In this document: positions 27,716 to 39,256 of the stretch, piece after piece | Position numbering within the stretch: position 1 is the stretch's first letter | Layout: every line of letters starts with the position of its first letter | Origin: Malacoraja senta | Lineage: Eukaryota | Assembly (NCBI GenBank): GCA_038087875.1 | Contig: CM075998.1 | Location: 2,420,001-2,484,000, forward strand | Reading direction: 5' to 3' | Length of the DNA stretch: 64,000 nt | Program-made: the position numbers and the translations under genes | The notes under the pieces: model-generated | Seen by the model: only the letters and a program-made list of their open reading frames with translations | Told to the model about the DNA's origin: nothing | Databases searched by the model: none

Positions 27716-29119
27716 CATTGCAATGTGAATTGTTATGTAGAGCATTGCGGGCCATTAATGGATTCGACTGGGCTTATATATAGGGGTTTTTTTTTGGCTT
27801 CAAGGGTGGGTTATAGAGTCTGAGTTAGGGCGCTGAAGGCTCTTTGCCAGGGTGCTGGCTCTTGTTTCCATAGGCTGGCATAGGAGGGTCAGTTTTCCAG
27901 ATAACATAGTCTTCACGCACAGATGGCAAACACTCACAGTCTTTGTGTGAGCTTGAGTTGGGGTGAAGTGTGTTGGAAGACTGTTGGAACACAGCAAGGA
28001 GCTGGAGTTTACAAGAGGGTGAACATGAGCAGATGAGTCTGACACTGTTCATTCCTTGCCCTCACAAGCCTGCACGTTCCAGCAGTCGTTAGTTTGAATT
28101 CAGGAGCAGCAGCATTTTCAAACCGCCTCTTCGTGTTTGCTCCTCTCACTCCCTTTGCCCAGAGATCCATTAACTCTCACCCAGTGCAGAACAACGGTTG
28201 ACCCTGGCTCCCCGCTGTTCTGTACATCCTGAAGGACTGCAGTGGTTCAAGCTCACCTCCGCCTTCTCAAGGGCAATTGGGAAAGAACAATAAATGCTGG
28301 CCTTGTAGCATTGAACGTGCCCTGAAAAATGAATAAAATCCGGCCTCCAAAGAATGGCATTGAACACACAGCATGAAACCCACTTTTCACGCAATGTCAA
28401 GCCTTCACGCTGAAGAATTCATTCTTTAAATGATACTAAGACAGTCGTTGTGGAATCGAAGTGGCAGGGGCAGACTGGCCTGTTGGCAGCGTGCCTGGCA
28501 TTTTTCCAGTGTGGGCGAGGATCTTGCCACCAATCTGTACTTGCCAAGTTTAGGCTGGGACTTGTTCAAGTCATTGCACAAAATGTTTGTCCTCACGTCT
28601 GTACAATAGCAGGCAGGCTAACAGACCCTTCCTGATGTGCATCTGCTTTCTGTCCATTCAGTCATGACCTGCAAACAATTTCTGTTGAAGAGGTGCTCAG
28701 CAAACCAAATTAATTGACTGCTCCCAAGAGGCAATAACCTACCCTGTACATCAGGGCATCATCAGTGATGCTAAACTGTATCTTCCTATAGTTTGCAGCA
28801 TCTGTAACCAGTTGAATTATTGAAACTGAGATTGGATTTATTTATGCTAATCTAGAGTCAGGCTCCACTCTAAGTGCAGTGTTGTGATGAAGTGGAGTCT
28901 GGTTTTCTTGAAGTTCCCTTCCTGTTTATTCAGACATGACTATGAGGCTGGGCTGTACAGGAAAATGACAGTAAGTAAGAATTGTGGACCAAATCCACTT
29001 GTTTGGCAATAATTATTTTGATTCCCAACTTAGTGAACCAGTCTGAAGAAGGGTCTCGACCCAAGACGTCACCATTCCTTCTCTCCAGAGATGCTGCCTG
29101 TCCCGCTGAGTTACTCCAG

Positions 29120-29412
29120 CACGGTGGCACAGCGGTAGAGTTGGTACCTTACAGCGCCAGAGACCCGGGTTCAATCATGACCTCTGGTGCTGTCTGTACG
29201 GAGTTTGTACATTCTCCCCGTGACCGCATGAGTTTTCTCCGAGATCTTCAATTTCCTCCCACACTCCAAAGACGTATGGGTTGGTAGGTTAATTGGCTTG
29301 GTAAATTGTCCCTAGTGTGTGTAAGATAGTGTTAATGTGCAGGGATCACTGGTCGGTGCGGACTCGGTGGGCTGAAGGGCCTATTTCCGTGCTGTATCTC
29401 TAAACTAAACTA
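29120..29412 (+). mobile_element. HE1-type V-SINE
   Basis: A/B-box-like ggtggcacagcggtagag...gggttcaatc; ends ctaaactaaacta. Confidence 0.88.
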
Positions 29413-30374
29413 GTGTGTGAATGGGCGATGGCTGGTCAGTTCAGACATGGTGGGCCGAAAGGCCTGTTTCCGTGCTGTATTGCTAAACTGAACTGTTTTG
29501 TGTCTATCTTTAATGAACCAAGAATTCGACCGGACCAGATTTGTTCTACGAGCAATGATTTGCTTTCCTGTTTCTCAGCAGTGTATTCTGCAGGTTGTGC
29601 TGCATGCATCCTGGGTTAGATTCTGGGCACTCGCTCCCCAGATGGCAATTGAATGAAGAGACTTTGGGGTCATGGGCCATCAACAAGATGCACAAAACAT
29701 TCTGTGCCATCAGGATCTGCAAGTTGCATTGCTCCTGCTTATCTACCATCCTTTTCAATCTCTACTGCGTCTCCAACCAGATCCACACTTCCAAATCTGT
29801 AGAAGGTTATCTTCCTCATTTATATTTTTCCCTCTGGAAAGTTTCAAGACTTGTCAAGTGCTAGAAAAGGGTCAAGGCGTCCATGCTTGGAATGTGTAGG
29901 AAGGAGCTGCAGATGCAGATGCTGGTTTAAACCGAAGATGGACACAAAAAGCTGGAGTAAGCCAGCGGGACAGGCAGCGTCTCTGGAGACAAGGAATAGG
30001 AATAGACTGAAGAAGGGTCTCGACCCAAAACTTCACCTATTCCTTTTCTTCAGAGATGCTGCCTGTCCCACTGAGTTACTCCAGCATTTTGTGTCTATCT
30101 TTCATGCTTTGTATGCTTCTTTAACCCTGGCCCTGTTCCATTGTCGATTGAACTGAATGGGCAGCATGTCAGTGGACAGCCCTGATAGTCACCGTGCATG
30201 CTATAGGATGAAAGTGCAATCAGCACCATGAAACAGCCTGAAGATGGGGAACAAGAGCTGGTCCATGCAATCTTGTGCTTTCTATGTATAATTGCGGAAC
30301 TCAGAGGCCAGTTCTGAGCTTGAGACATGTCTTTTAATCAGAGATGAATTAAGTTAGTGGTTTGGCAGAGGCCA

Positions 30375-30742
30375 GTTTAGTTTAGAGATACAGCATGGAA
30401 ACAGGCCCTTCGGCCCACCGAGTCTGTGCTGACCAATGATCACCCGTACACTAGTTCTATGTTTACATTAGACTTTAGAGATACAGAGGGGGGGGGGGGG
30501 GGGAGGCAGTGAAACAGAGCAGAGACTTCGGTCTTGTTTTTATTAGCGATACAATGTAGAAACAGGCCCTTCGGCCCACCGAGCTCGTGCCGACGGACAC
30601 TAGCACTATCTTACACACTAGGATCAATTTACAGAAGCCAATCAACCTACAAACCTGCACGTTTTTGGAGTGCGGGAGGAAACCAGAGCACCCGGAGAAA
30701 ACCCACGCGGTCACAGGCAGAACGTGCAAACTCCACACAGAC
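30375..30742 (-). mobile_element. HE1-type V-SINE fragments
   Basis: Reverse complement of the body and tail of 29120-29412. Confidence 0.8.
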
Positions 30743-31240
30743 CCTCTCAGTTCGAGGGAAAATTGTGCCTGGGAAATATCGGAGGGAATTGTGGACCAGA
30801 GGCGACCACTGGACTTATTTTGATGTTTGACATGGGTCATTGTGAAATTTCTCATTTTCATTCACCCCCTACCCAAATACCTCGTTTCGTCTCTCCCTGG
30901 AGGTCACATTACCTGACCTACATTTTCCCAGCACTTTTTTGCTTTTATGCTGAATAAATGACCTTTGGGATTAGCCATGCTGGAGCAAACTAGATGTTTT
31001 TGAATAACTGCTATTGATTTTTCATTCCAGGTTTATTTAATTACTTAGCAGGGTTTGAACTTGTGTCTGCAGGTCACTGGGCCAGGCCTCTGGATGCTCG
31101 CCCAGTAATCTAATCACTGTGCCATACCCAGCCAAAAGAGACCTTTAGTATATTAATAGATGGCTGCATTCATCTGACCTCCCACCCAGCTGCTATTATA
31201 ACTGAAGCTTTGAACTGTTTCCTTTCATTTTACTTGTTAA

Positions 31241-31531
31241 ACCCCTGTCCCACGGTACGAGTTCATTCCAAGAGTTCTCCCGTGTTTGCCCTGATTCGAA
31301 CTCGGAGATTTATGGTAATGGCCACTCGTCGGTACTCGGGGCTCTCGTGGACATTTATCATCATGTTGAAAAATCTTCACGAGTCTTCCCGTGCTTACCT
31401 GCCGTTAGCGCTAAGAGACGTCCCCAAGCTCCGACGTACCCGCTACGTTCATTCTCCGTGCTTACCACGAGTTTGATTTTTTTTAAACTCGGGAGAGCTC
31501 TTGGAATGAACTTGTACAGTGGGACGGGGCT
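31241..31531. mobile_element. Non-autonomous DNA transposon (MITE), ~41-bp TIRs, PIF/Harbinger-like
   Basis: cccctgtcccacggtacgagttcattccaagagttctcccg ... cgggagagctcttggaatgaacttgtacagtgggacgggg; TTA/TAA-like flanks; CpG-rich interior. Confidence 0.8.
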
Positions 31532-32169
31532 ATTACTTGGGTCTTACTCACTCGCTTGTGGGGGAATGAGCAGGGAGATCTTTTACCAAGCATGATGGTG
31601 TCAAATCTACAGCTGTGAGCCAGCAACCTGTATCACCTCCCTCCCCATCTCCAATCCCATTGAAGTAACGGATGGACCTGTGCCAACATTAGCCCCCAGT
31701 AATTCCACCAGTTGGGTTGAAAGGCGGTTGAATTAAAACTCTTTCCCTCCCACCTTTAAGGAGAGATAAGCCTACCTTGGAAGTAGTTCTTCAGTCTGAA
31801 GAAGGGTTTCGACCCGAAACGTTGCCTATTTCCTTCGCTCCACCGATGCCGCCTCACCCGCTGCGTTTCTCCAGCATTTTTGTCTACCTCTGAGAAGATT
31901 CACTTGGTTGCTGGGTCCCCAAAAGGCCGCCTGTCCATTCCCCTCCACAGATGCTGCCTGACTCGTTGAGTTTCTCCAGCACTTTGTTTTTTGCTCAAGA
32001 TGACAGCATCTGCAGTTTGTTGTGTCGGCCCGGTATCTTGGATCAACTGTAAAGTGTGACTTTAATATCAGAGGGATTTGCTTCAGTGATGCTAGACTGT
32101 GACCTTATGCCAATAACGGCCGTTGGATGTGAGGCTGGTACTAATGCATGTCTCTCTTCTGTTGCACAG

Positions 32170-32284
32170 CCTGGTAAGGTCGACCCCCCAACTACACACA
32201 GCTTCAAGGAGAAGACATTTAAGAAGAAGAAGCACTGTGTAGCATGCAAGCAGCCGATCACGTCCCAGGGGATCTTTTGTCGCG
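32170..32284 (+). CDS. TNS2: Tensin-2 coding exon, first half of C1 domain (PGKVDPPTTHSFKEKTFKKKKHCVACKQPITSQGIFCR)
   Basis: Acceptor tctgttgcacag|CCT, donor CGCG|gtaggt; 115 nt, phase 0 to 1; HSF...CxxC...C C1 motif. Confidence 0.93.
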
Positions 32285-32416
32285 GTAGGTGAAGCCCTGG
32301 CAGCAGAATTTCTGCCAATTCCTGAAACTTCAAACTGTTTTCCAAAGGGAACGAGTCCATCGGTGTCGGACACTGGTTCAGTTTTCTCATCGGTTGTCTT
32401 TTGGGAGAGACATTAC

Positions 32417-32627
32417 ACTGTGGAATTCTCTGCCACAGAAGGCAGTGGAGGCCAATTCACTGGATGTATTCAAGAGAGAGTTAGGGCTAACGGAATCAAA
32501 GGAATATGGGGAGAAAGCAGGAACAGGGTACTGATTTTGGATGATCAGCCATGATCATATTGAATGGCGGGGCTGGCTTGAAGGGCTGAATGGCCTACTC
32601 CTGCACCTATTTTCTATGTTTCTATGT
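32417..32627 (+). mobile_element. CR1/HER1 LINE 3' end
   Basis: LWNSLPQKAVEA plus the same 3' tail as 19148-19617. Confidence 0.85.
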
Positions 32628-32887
32628 CTGTCCTCTCAGGTGGAAGTGGTGCCATCTTAAAGAAGAGCAGGGGAGTCCTCCTGGAGACCCGAGGCCAGTG
32701 TGTTTCCAACATGACACCTGTAACCTCACTTCACCTCAATGGCTGTAAAGGGCTTTGGGGCTCTCTGACAGGAAGGCGAAAAGGACTTTTGAAAAATGAG
32801 CCCGTTAAAAATATGACTGCCCTTTCCGTCTTCTGTAATTGCCCTTCCCCCTTCCCCCCAGGTCAGGCATCAACTATGATGGATGCA

Positions 32888-33035
32888 GAAACATAGAAAA
32901 ATAGGAGCAGGAATAGGCCATTCGACCCTTCAAGCCAGCACCGCCATTCAATATGATCATGGCTGATCATCCCCAATCGGTACCCCGTTCCTGCTTTTCC
33001 CCCATATCCCTTGATTCCTTCAGCCTAGAGAGCTA
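32888..33035 (-). mobile_element. CR1/HER1 LINE 3' tail
   Basis: Reverse complement of the same 3' UTR (gaaacatagaaaaataggagcagg...). Confidence 0.8.
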
Positions 33036-33429
33036 AATGGATGTTGGTCACGTGCTTTCCTGCAGGCCTGTGCTGGCTCGACTAATTTGACTCTTGAACT
33101 TTGTTTGCCTTTGGCCTTCAGCTTTCCGGCAACAAGGGTTATTTCGTTTCACTTTAGCTTATTGTCACGTGCACCGAGGCACAGTGAAAAGCTTTTTGTC
33201 GCGTGCGGTCCAGTCAGCGGGAAGACAATATGGAAAGACAATAACGACGAGAAAGACAATAAAGGGTTTATGGGAATTGCAGGGGAATGAAGCGGAGACA
33301 CAAGCGACTGCAGATGCTGGAATCTGGAGCAAATCAAAGAGTGGCTGGCGGAAATCAGGAGGACAAACAGCATCTGTGGACGGAAATGGAGAGTCAATAT
33401 TTTGGGTCAAGATCCTTCTTCACTCTCTT

Positions 33430-34195
33430 GGTCTCACCCCTGCCACAGATACATTCACCCACCCCATCTACTGCACCTCCCTCCACCTCATCTACTGTAT
33501 CCATTGTTCAAGATGTGGACTCCTATACATCGGCGAGACCAAACGCAGACTGGGCGATCATTTCGCTGAACACCGTCGCTCAGTCCACCTGGACCTACCT
33601 GATCTCCCGGTTGCTAAACACTTTAATTCCCCTTCCCACACTGACCTTTCCGTCCTAAGCCTCCTCCATTGTCAGAGTGAAGCCAAATGCAAATTGGAGG
33701 AACAGCATCTCATATTTCACTTCGGCATCTTAAAACCCAGGGTTTTGAATATTGATATTGGAGAAAATATTATCTGCTGCAAAAATGAGATGCAAACAGA
33801 TAATGCACAGCACACCAGTTACCTTCGGAGAGGGGGGAGAGGGGGGAGAGAGAGAGAGAGACTTAAAGTAACCCCTGTACTCCCTGTCTCTACATCCCTC
33901 CCCCACCCAAGTCACACCAGGTTTCCCTTCTCACCTAGCAAAGCTAACAATGGCCTGTTTCCTTCATCATTGCTATTTTTTTTGCAGATCTTTCATTCAT
34001 TTGTTCTATATCTCTCTACATCACCGTCTATATCTCTCGTTTCCCTCTCCCCTGACTCTCAGTCTGAAGAAGGGTCTCGACCCGAAACGCCACCCATTCC
34101 TTCTCTCCAGAGATGCTGCCTATCCCGCTGAGTTATCTCCAGCTTTTTGTGTCGATCTTCAATTTAAACCAGCATCTGCAGTTCCTTCCTGCACC
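33430..34195 (+). mobile_element. Penelope-like element 3' fragment with GIY-YIG endonuclease and terminal repeat
   Basis: LIYCIHCSRCGLLYIGETKRRLGDHFAEH...PVAKHFNS...KLEEQHLIFHFG; ends in the ctgaagaagggtctcgacccgaaac terminus. Confidence 0.9.
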
Positions 34196-34545
34196 ACCCC
34201 CTCCCCCACTGTTCCGTTCTCTCCAACTCTCCTTCTTTTATTTCTACGTTTTCTAGTTCAGACGAAAGGTCAGCCCGGAAACATCAACTCAGTTTCTAGC
34301 TTCACATACTCAGTGTAACCTCCTGAGCATTTAAGGCGTTCCCTACTTGCATACTCGAGAGCAGCACACTAGCTCCAGCAAAACTAACATCTGATAATGC
34401 CTGCATGACAATGTCAAATACCTGAAGTTTATAGAGCAGCTGTGATAGGCGTGAAAACAAAGAGAGTTTTAAAGAGAATACCATATATCTTGATATCACT
34501 GGGGAGATCACAGCAGCGGGAGTAAAAAGACTACATTTTTTATCC

Positions 34546-34805
34546 CCTCCTCTCTTGCTCTCTCTCTCTCTCTTGCTCGCTCTCTCTCTCTTGCTCGCTC
34601 TCTCTCTTGCTCTCTCTCTCTCTCTCTCTTGCTCTCTCTCTCTCTCTCTCTTGCTCTCTCTCTCTCTCTTGCTCTCTCTCTCTCTTGCTCTCTCCCTCGC
34701 TCAATTTCTCTCTCGCAATCTCTCTCGCAATCTCTCCCTCTCTCTCTCGCAATCTCTCCCTCTCTCTCTCCCCCCCCTCTCTCTCTCTCTCCCCCCTCTC
34801 TCTCT

Positions 34806-34848
<43 letters not shown>

Positions 34849-34858
34849 TTCCCTCTCT
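34546..34858. repeat. Compound (CT)n / CTTGCT polypyrimidine microsatellite
   Basis: Direct inspection. Confidence 0.95.
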
Positions 34859-35529
34859 GAAGGTAACTGGTGTGCTGTGCATTATCTGTTTGCATCTCAT
34901 TTTTGCAGCAGATGATATTTTCTCCAATTTCCGGCCTTCTAAATGGGCTCTGGATCCTATCAAATGGAATTAATCAAAGTGGCTGGTCATTAACTGGGCT
35001 GTTTTTTTTAAACACTGGAAAGTCCCTGCCTGTAACTTGCTGAGTGAAACATCCTGCCTTACAGTAAATGCTCCTCGCTCCCACCCCTTGAGCTGTTTAA
35101 TCAGTCATGCAACAAATGGGGGTTGAAGTTGGCAGCAAGTTCCTCTCAGGGGCCTCGACCCGAAATGTCACCCATTCCTTCTCTCCAGAGTTGCTGCCTG
35201 TCCCTCTGAGTCACTCTGGCGTTTTGGTCTGAAGAAGGGTCTCGACCCGAAACGTCGCCTATTCCTTCGCTCCATAGATGCTGCCTCACCCGCTGAGTTG
35301 CTCCAGCTGTTTTGTCTACCTTCCAGCTTTTTGTATCTATCTTCTCTCAATGGAAGCAGGCCATTGATGACCAGTGTGACATTCAGACTTGGATGTCCTG
35401 TAAGTGGTTGGAGCTTAAAGCATTGGTAAATTGGTGAAAACAACAGAATAGTGCAAGGTTGTAGCGCAAAATCTGACTTGTGCAAAAGAATATTAAAGTC
35501 CGATAACGGAATAACTGAGCGAGGTAGAA

Positions 35530-36420
35530 TTAAGCGTAAGAGTAAGTGGCAGCATCTCCAGGAAGAGGGTGTGAAAGAGGTGCTTGGTTCAGTAGTCTAA
35601 TAGCAGTGGGAGAGAAGTTATTCTTCAGTCTGGACATCCGAGCTTTCAAGCTCCTGTATCTGCCAGATGGAAGAGAGAAAAGGGAATGGCTGGGTTGACC
35701 GGCATCCTTGATGATACTTCCAACCTTCCTGATACAACTTGCCATGAAAATGGACTGGATGGAAGGAAGTGATGATCCTGCAATGGACTGGGCTGTGTTC
35801 ACCTCTCTCTGCAGGTTCAGGCAGTTAAGAGCAGAATAGTTGGCGTACCACACCGAGATGCATCCTGTCATAAGAAAGTTGTCTAAGAAAGTTGTCTCAG
35901 TTGCCTAAGAAAGTAAATGCGCTGATACGCTTTCTTGATCACTGCATCAGTGTGGAGCTACCAGGTTAGGTTGCTGGTGGTATGGATGCTGAGGAACTTG
36001 AAGCTGTCGACCTCCTCTACAGCAGCTCCGTTAATGTGGACAGGGTTGTGTTCGCCCTCTCTTGCTTCGGTCAACAATCAACTCTTTTGTCTTGCGGACT
36101 CTTAATTGCCCTGACACCATGACGCTAAGTTCTCGATATCTTTCCTGTCCTTCATTTCATCTTTGTTGTTGACCTGGTCGACCACAGTGGCGTCATTGAC
36201 AAACTTAAGGATTGAGCTGGAGTTGTACTCGGCCGTGTAATCGTGGGGCTACAGGGAATAGAGCGAGGGACTGAGCTCACAGCCCGGCGTGGCACCATTG
36301 TGGATGGTCAGGGTGGAGCAAATGTTAGAACCAATTCTAACCCACTGAGGTCCTCTGGTCCAGAAGGCCAGAAGCCTGTTGCAGATGAAGGCCGCAAGAC
36401 CAAGGTGCAGGAGTAGGTGT
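35530..36420 (-). mobile_element. Rex1/Babar-type LINE 3' fragment (RT C-terminus)
   Basis: TGCISVWYAN...IIKDAGQPSHSLFSLPSGRYRSLKARMSRLKNNFSPTAIRLLN; upstream decayed GATPGCELSPSLYSL and KFVNDATVVDQ (RT motifs). Confidence 0.8.
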
Positions 36421-37149
36421 TCTTAATGTCACGGTGAGAAGATAGAGGAATGGGTGACCAGAAACTTGGTCAATGAGGAAGGCAATGAAGAGGTGGAGAA
36501 CTTGAGGGAGGGGATTCCAGAGCTCGTGCCCATGCTGTCAATAGTGGAGCAATGAAAATCAGGATTTAATAAGGCCCAAATTGGCAGTGGATAACAATCA
36601 TGGAGGCTTATTGAAATGATGATGATGATGAGGGGGAGAGAGGAGGGGGAGAGAGGAGGGGAAGAGAGGAGGGGGAGGAGGGGGAGAGAGGAGGGGGAGA
36701 GAGGGGCATGAGAATTGTTTAAATGGAGGTATTGATCAATCAGGAGCCATGGTAGGGCAGGCAAGAGATCAGTACAAGCTCGGGCACAAATAGTAGAGTT
36801 GTGGATGTGGGAAGGTGGCTAGGGATGCCTTGGGAGAAATTATTCGGTGGATAGCTGTGGATGAGATTTCGCCAGGGGAGGCAGAGGAGAGCGGAGTTGT
36901 GCAACTGCACTGTGGTGGCAATGGGTCGTCTAAATGATAGCATGGTGAGGAGGCAGCCCCGTAATTCTCGAACTTTGCCTAAACACTCTGGTTCATCCTC
37001 AGACACGACCAGAGGAGGGAAAGAGACACTTGTTGGCAAGCAGAGTTTAGTTTAGTCTGAAGAAGGGTCTCGACCCGAAACGTCACCCATTCCTTCTCTC
37101 CAAAGATGCTGCCTGTCCCGCTGAGTTACTCCAACATTTTTGTGTCTAT

Positions 37150-37427
37150 CTTAGTTTCATTTAGTTTTGTTTAGAGATACAGCGCGGAAACAGGCCCTTC
37201 GGCCCACCGAGTCCGTGCCGACCAACACTATCCTACACACACCAGGGACAATTTACATTTAAACCAAGCCGATGAACCTACAAACCTGCACGTCTTTGTA
37301 GTGTGGGAGGAAACCGGAGATCTCGGAGATCGTACAAACTCCGTGCAGACAGTGCCCGTAGTCGGGATCCACCCGGGTCTCGGGCACTGTAAGGCAGCAA
37401 CTCTACCGCCACGCCACTGCGCTGCCC
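37150..37427 (-). mobile_element. HE1-type V-SINE
   Basis: Near full-length reverse copy. Confidence 0.85.
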
Positions 37428-38421
37428 AGATTTCTGTGAGGAGCTGCAAACAGTGGTCTTGCAGCTCACAGACTAGAGGCTGAAGGGAGGCCTGGCACAC
37501 ACGCAGCAAAATCCAATCCTGATTAACAAACACAAAGAGAGGAAACGACATGTAATGACCTTTAATAGAGTATGAACTCACTCACCACATTTACAGAATG
37601 CTAGCTGAGAGGGAATGTCAGAAATAATCAGCAGCTGATGGAGAGAGAGAGGGAGATGGGGGGGAGATGGATCGTGTAGGAAGGAACTGCAGATGCTGGT
37701 TTAACCGAAGATTGACACAAAATGCTGGAGTAACTCAGCGGGACAGGCAGCATCTCTGGAGAGAAGGAATGGGTGACGTTTCGGGTCTGAAGAAGGGTCT
37801 CGACCCGCAACGTCACCCATTCCTTCTCTCCAGAGATGTTGCCTGTCCCGCTGAGTTACTGCAGCTTCTTGTGTCCACCCTCATTTATTTATACTGGTTT
37901 TCTCCCCTTTACTCTTTCATTCCAGAGTAAGGGTCTCAACCCAAAACATTGGCAGTCCATTTCCCTCCACAGATGCTGCCTGATCCGCTGAGTTTCCCCA
38001 GCACTTTTTTTTGCTGCAGTCTCCAGCATCTGCTGTCTCTTGTGTCTCCAGACCTAATATTGAAAGCCTTGAGTCATGCTTTGCCCAAAATCCTGACCCA
38101 TACAAAAGGACTCAATGTCATTTTTATACCTGAAACGGGAATGTTTGTGTTGAAATTGTTTTATTTCACATGTCTGTTTTTTGATGTGTACGGAAGTGTC
38201 GTGGTTGACTTGGCATCTGGGAGGTTGGTTGTCTGTCCAGATGGTGCAAGTTGGAATCCTATCATCGCAGCCAGGGAATTTAAATTCATACAATTAAATA
38301 AATATGGAATTTAAAAAGTTGGTCTTGCGAACAGTAACCATGAAACTACCAGATTGTTGTAAAAATCCATTGAGTTTATGAATGTTGAACAGGGTAGGAA
38401 ATCTGCCATCTATACCCTAGG

Positions 38422-38704
38422 CTGCTACGGTGGCACAGCGGTAGAGTTGCTGCCTTACAGCGCTTGCAGCGCCAGAGACCCGGGTTCCATCCTGACTATG
38501 GGTGCTGCCTGTACGGAGTTTGCACGTTCTCCCCGTGAACTGCGTGGGTTTTCCCCGTGATCTTCGGTTTCCTCCCACACTCCAAAGACGTACAGGTTTG
38601 TAGGGTTAATTGGCCTGGCATAAATGTGAAATTATCCCTGGTGCGGACCCGATGGGCCGAAGGGCCTGTTTCCGCGCTAAATCTCTAAAATAAAAAAAAC
38701 TAAA
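38422..38704 (+). mobile_element. HE1-type V-SINE inserted in an older repeat
   Basis: Near full-length copy flanked by ctatac on both sides. Confidence 0.85.
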
Positions 38705-38962
38705 CTATACTCGGTCTAGCCCACGTGCCTCCAGACCCAGAATCACTACAATGGCCCAGCAAGCCACTGCTGCCCTAGAGGGTGCCAACACAGTTAGTAT
38801 GCCAGCTCCCTCCCATTGTGGGGTATTGTTCCCCCACACCCAGTTGTTACTCTGACGTGGCAGAGCTTGCCATCTCTGGAGATTTGATCCCACTCATCTC
38901 ATTTTGCAGGGCAGCTCATCAAGGCTCCAGCAGGCTGGCGTGATCTCAACCCGCTCTACCTT

Positions 38963-39256
38963 GTTTAGTTTAGAGAATCAGGCCCTTCTGCCCATCGAGT
39001 CTGCACCGACCAGCGATCCCCGCACATCAACACTACCCTACACACACTAGGGATAATTTTACATTTATACCAAGCCAATTACTCTACAAACCTGTACGTC
39101 TTTGGAGTGTGGGAGGACGCCGAAGATCTCAGAAAAAACCCACGCAGGTCACTGGGAGAACGCACAAACTCCGTACAGACAGCGCCCGTAGTCAGGATCG
39201 AACCCGGGTATCTGGCGTTGTAAGGCAGCAACTCTACCGCTACGCCACCGTGCCAC
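38963..39256 (-). mobile_element. HE1-type V-SINE
   Basis: Near full-length reverse copy. Confidence 0.88.

Noticed and set aside
33094..34131. Longest ORF (345 aa) as a novel GIY-YIG gene
   Set aside because: Chance read-through of stitched repeat fragments, including a truncated Penelope endonuclease and a templated insert; starts at TTG, has no RT and no splice context
34508..34973. RE/LS-rich ORFs
   Set aside because: Translations of the (CT)n tract
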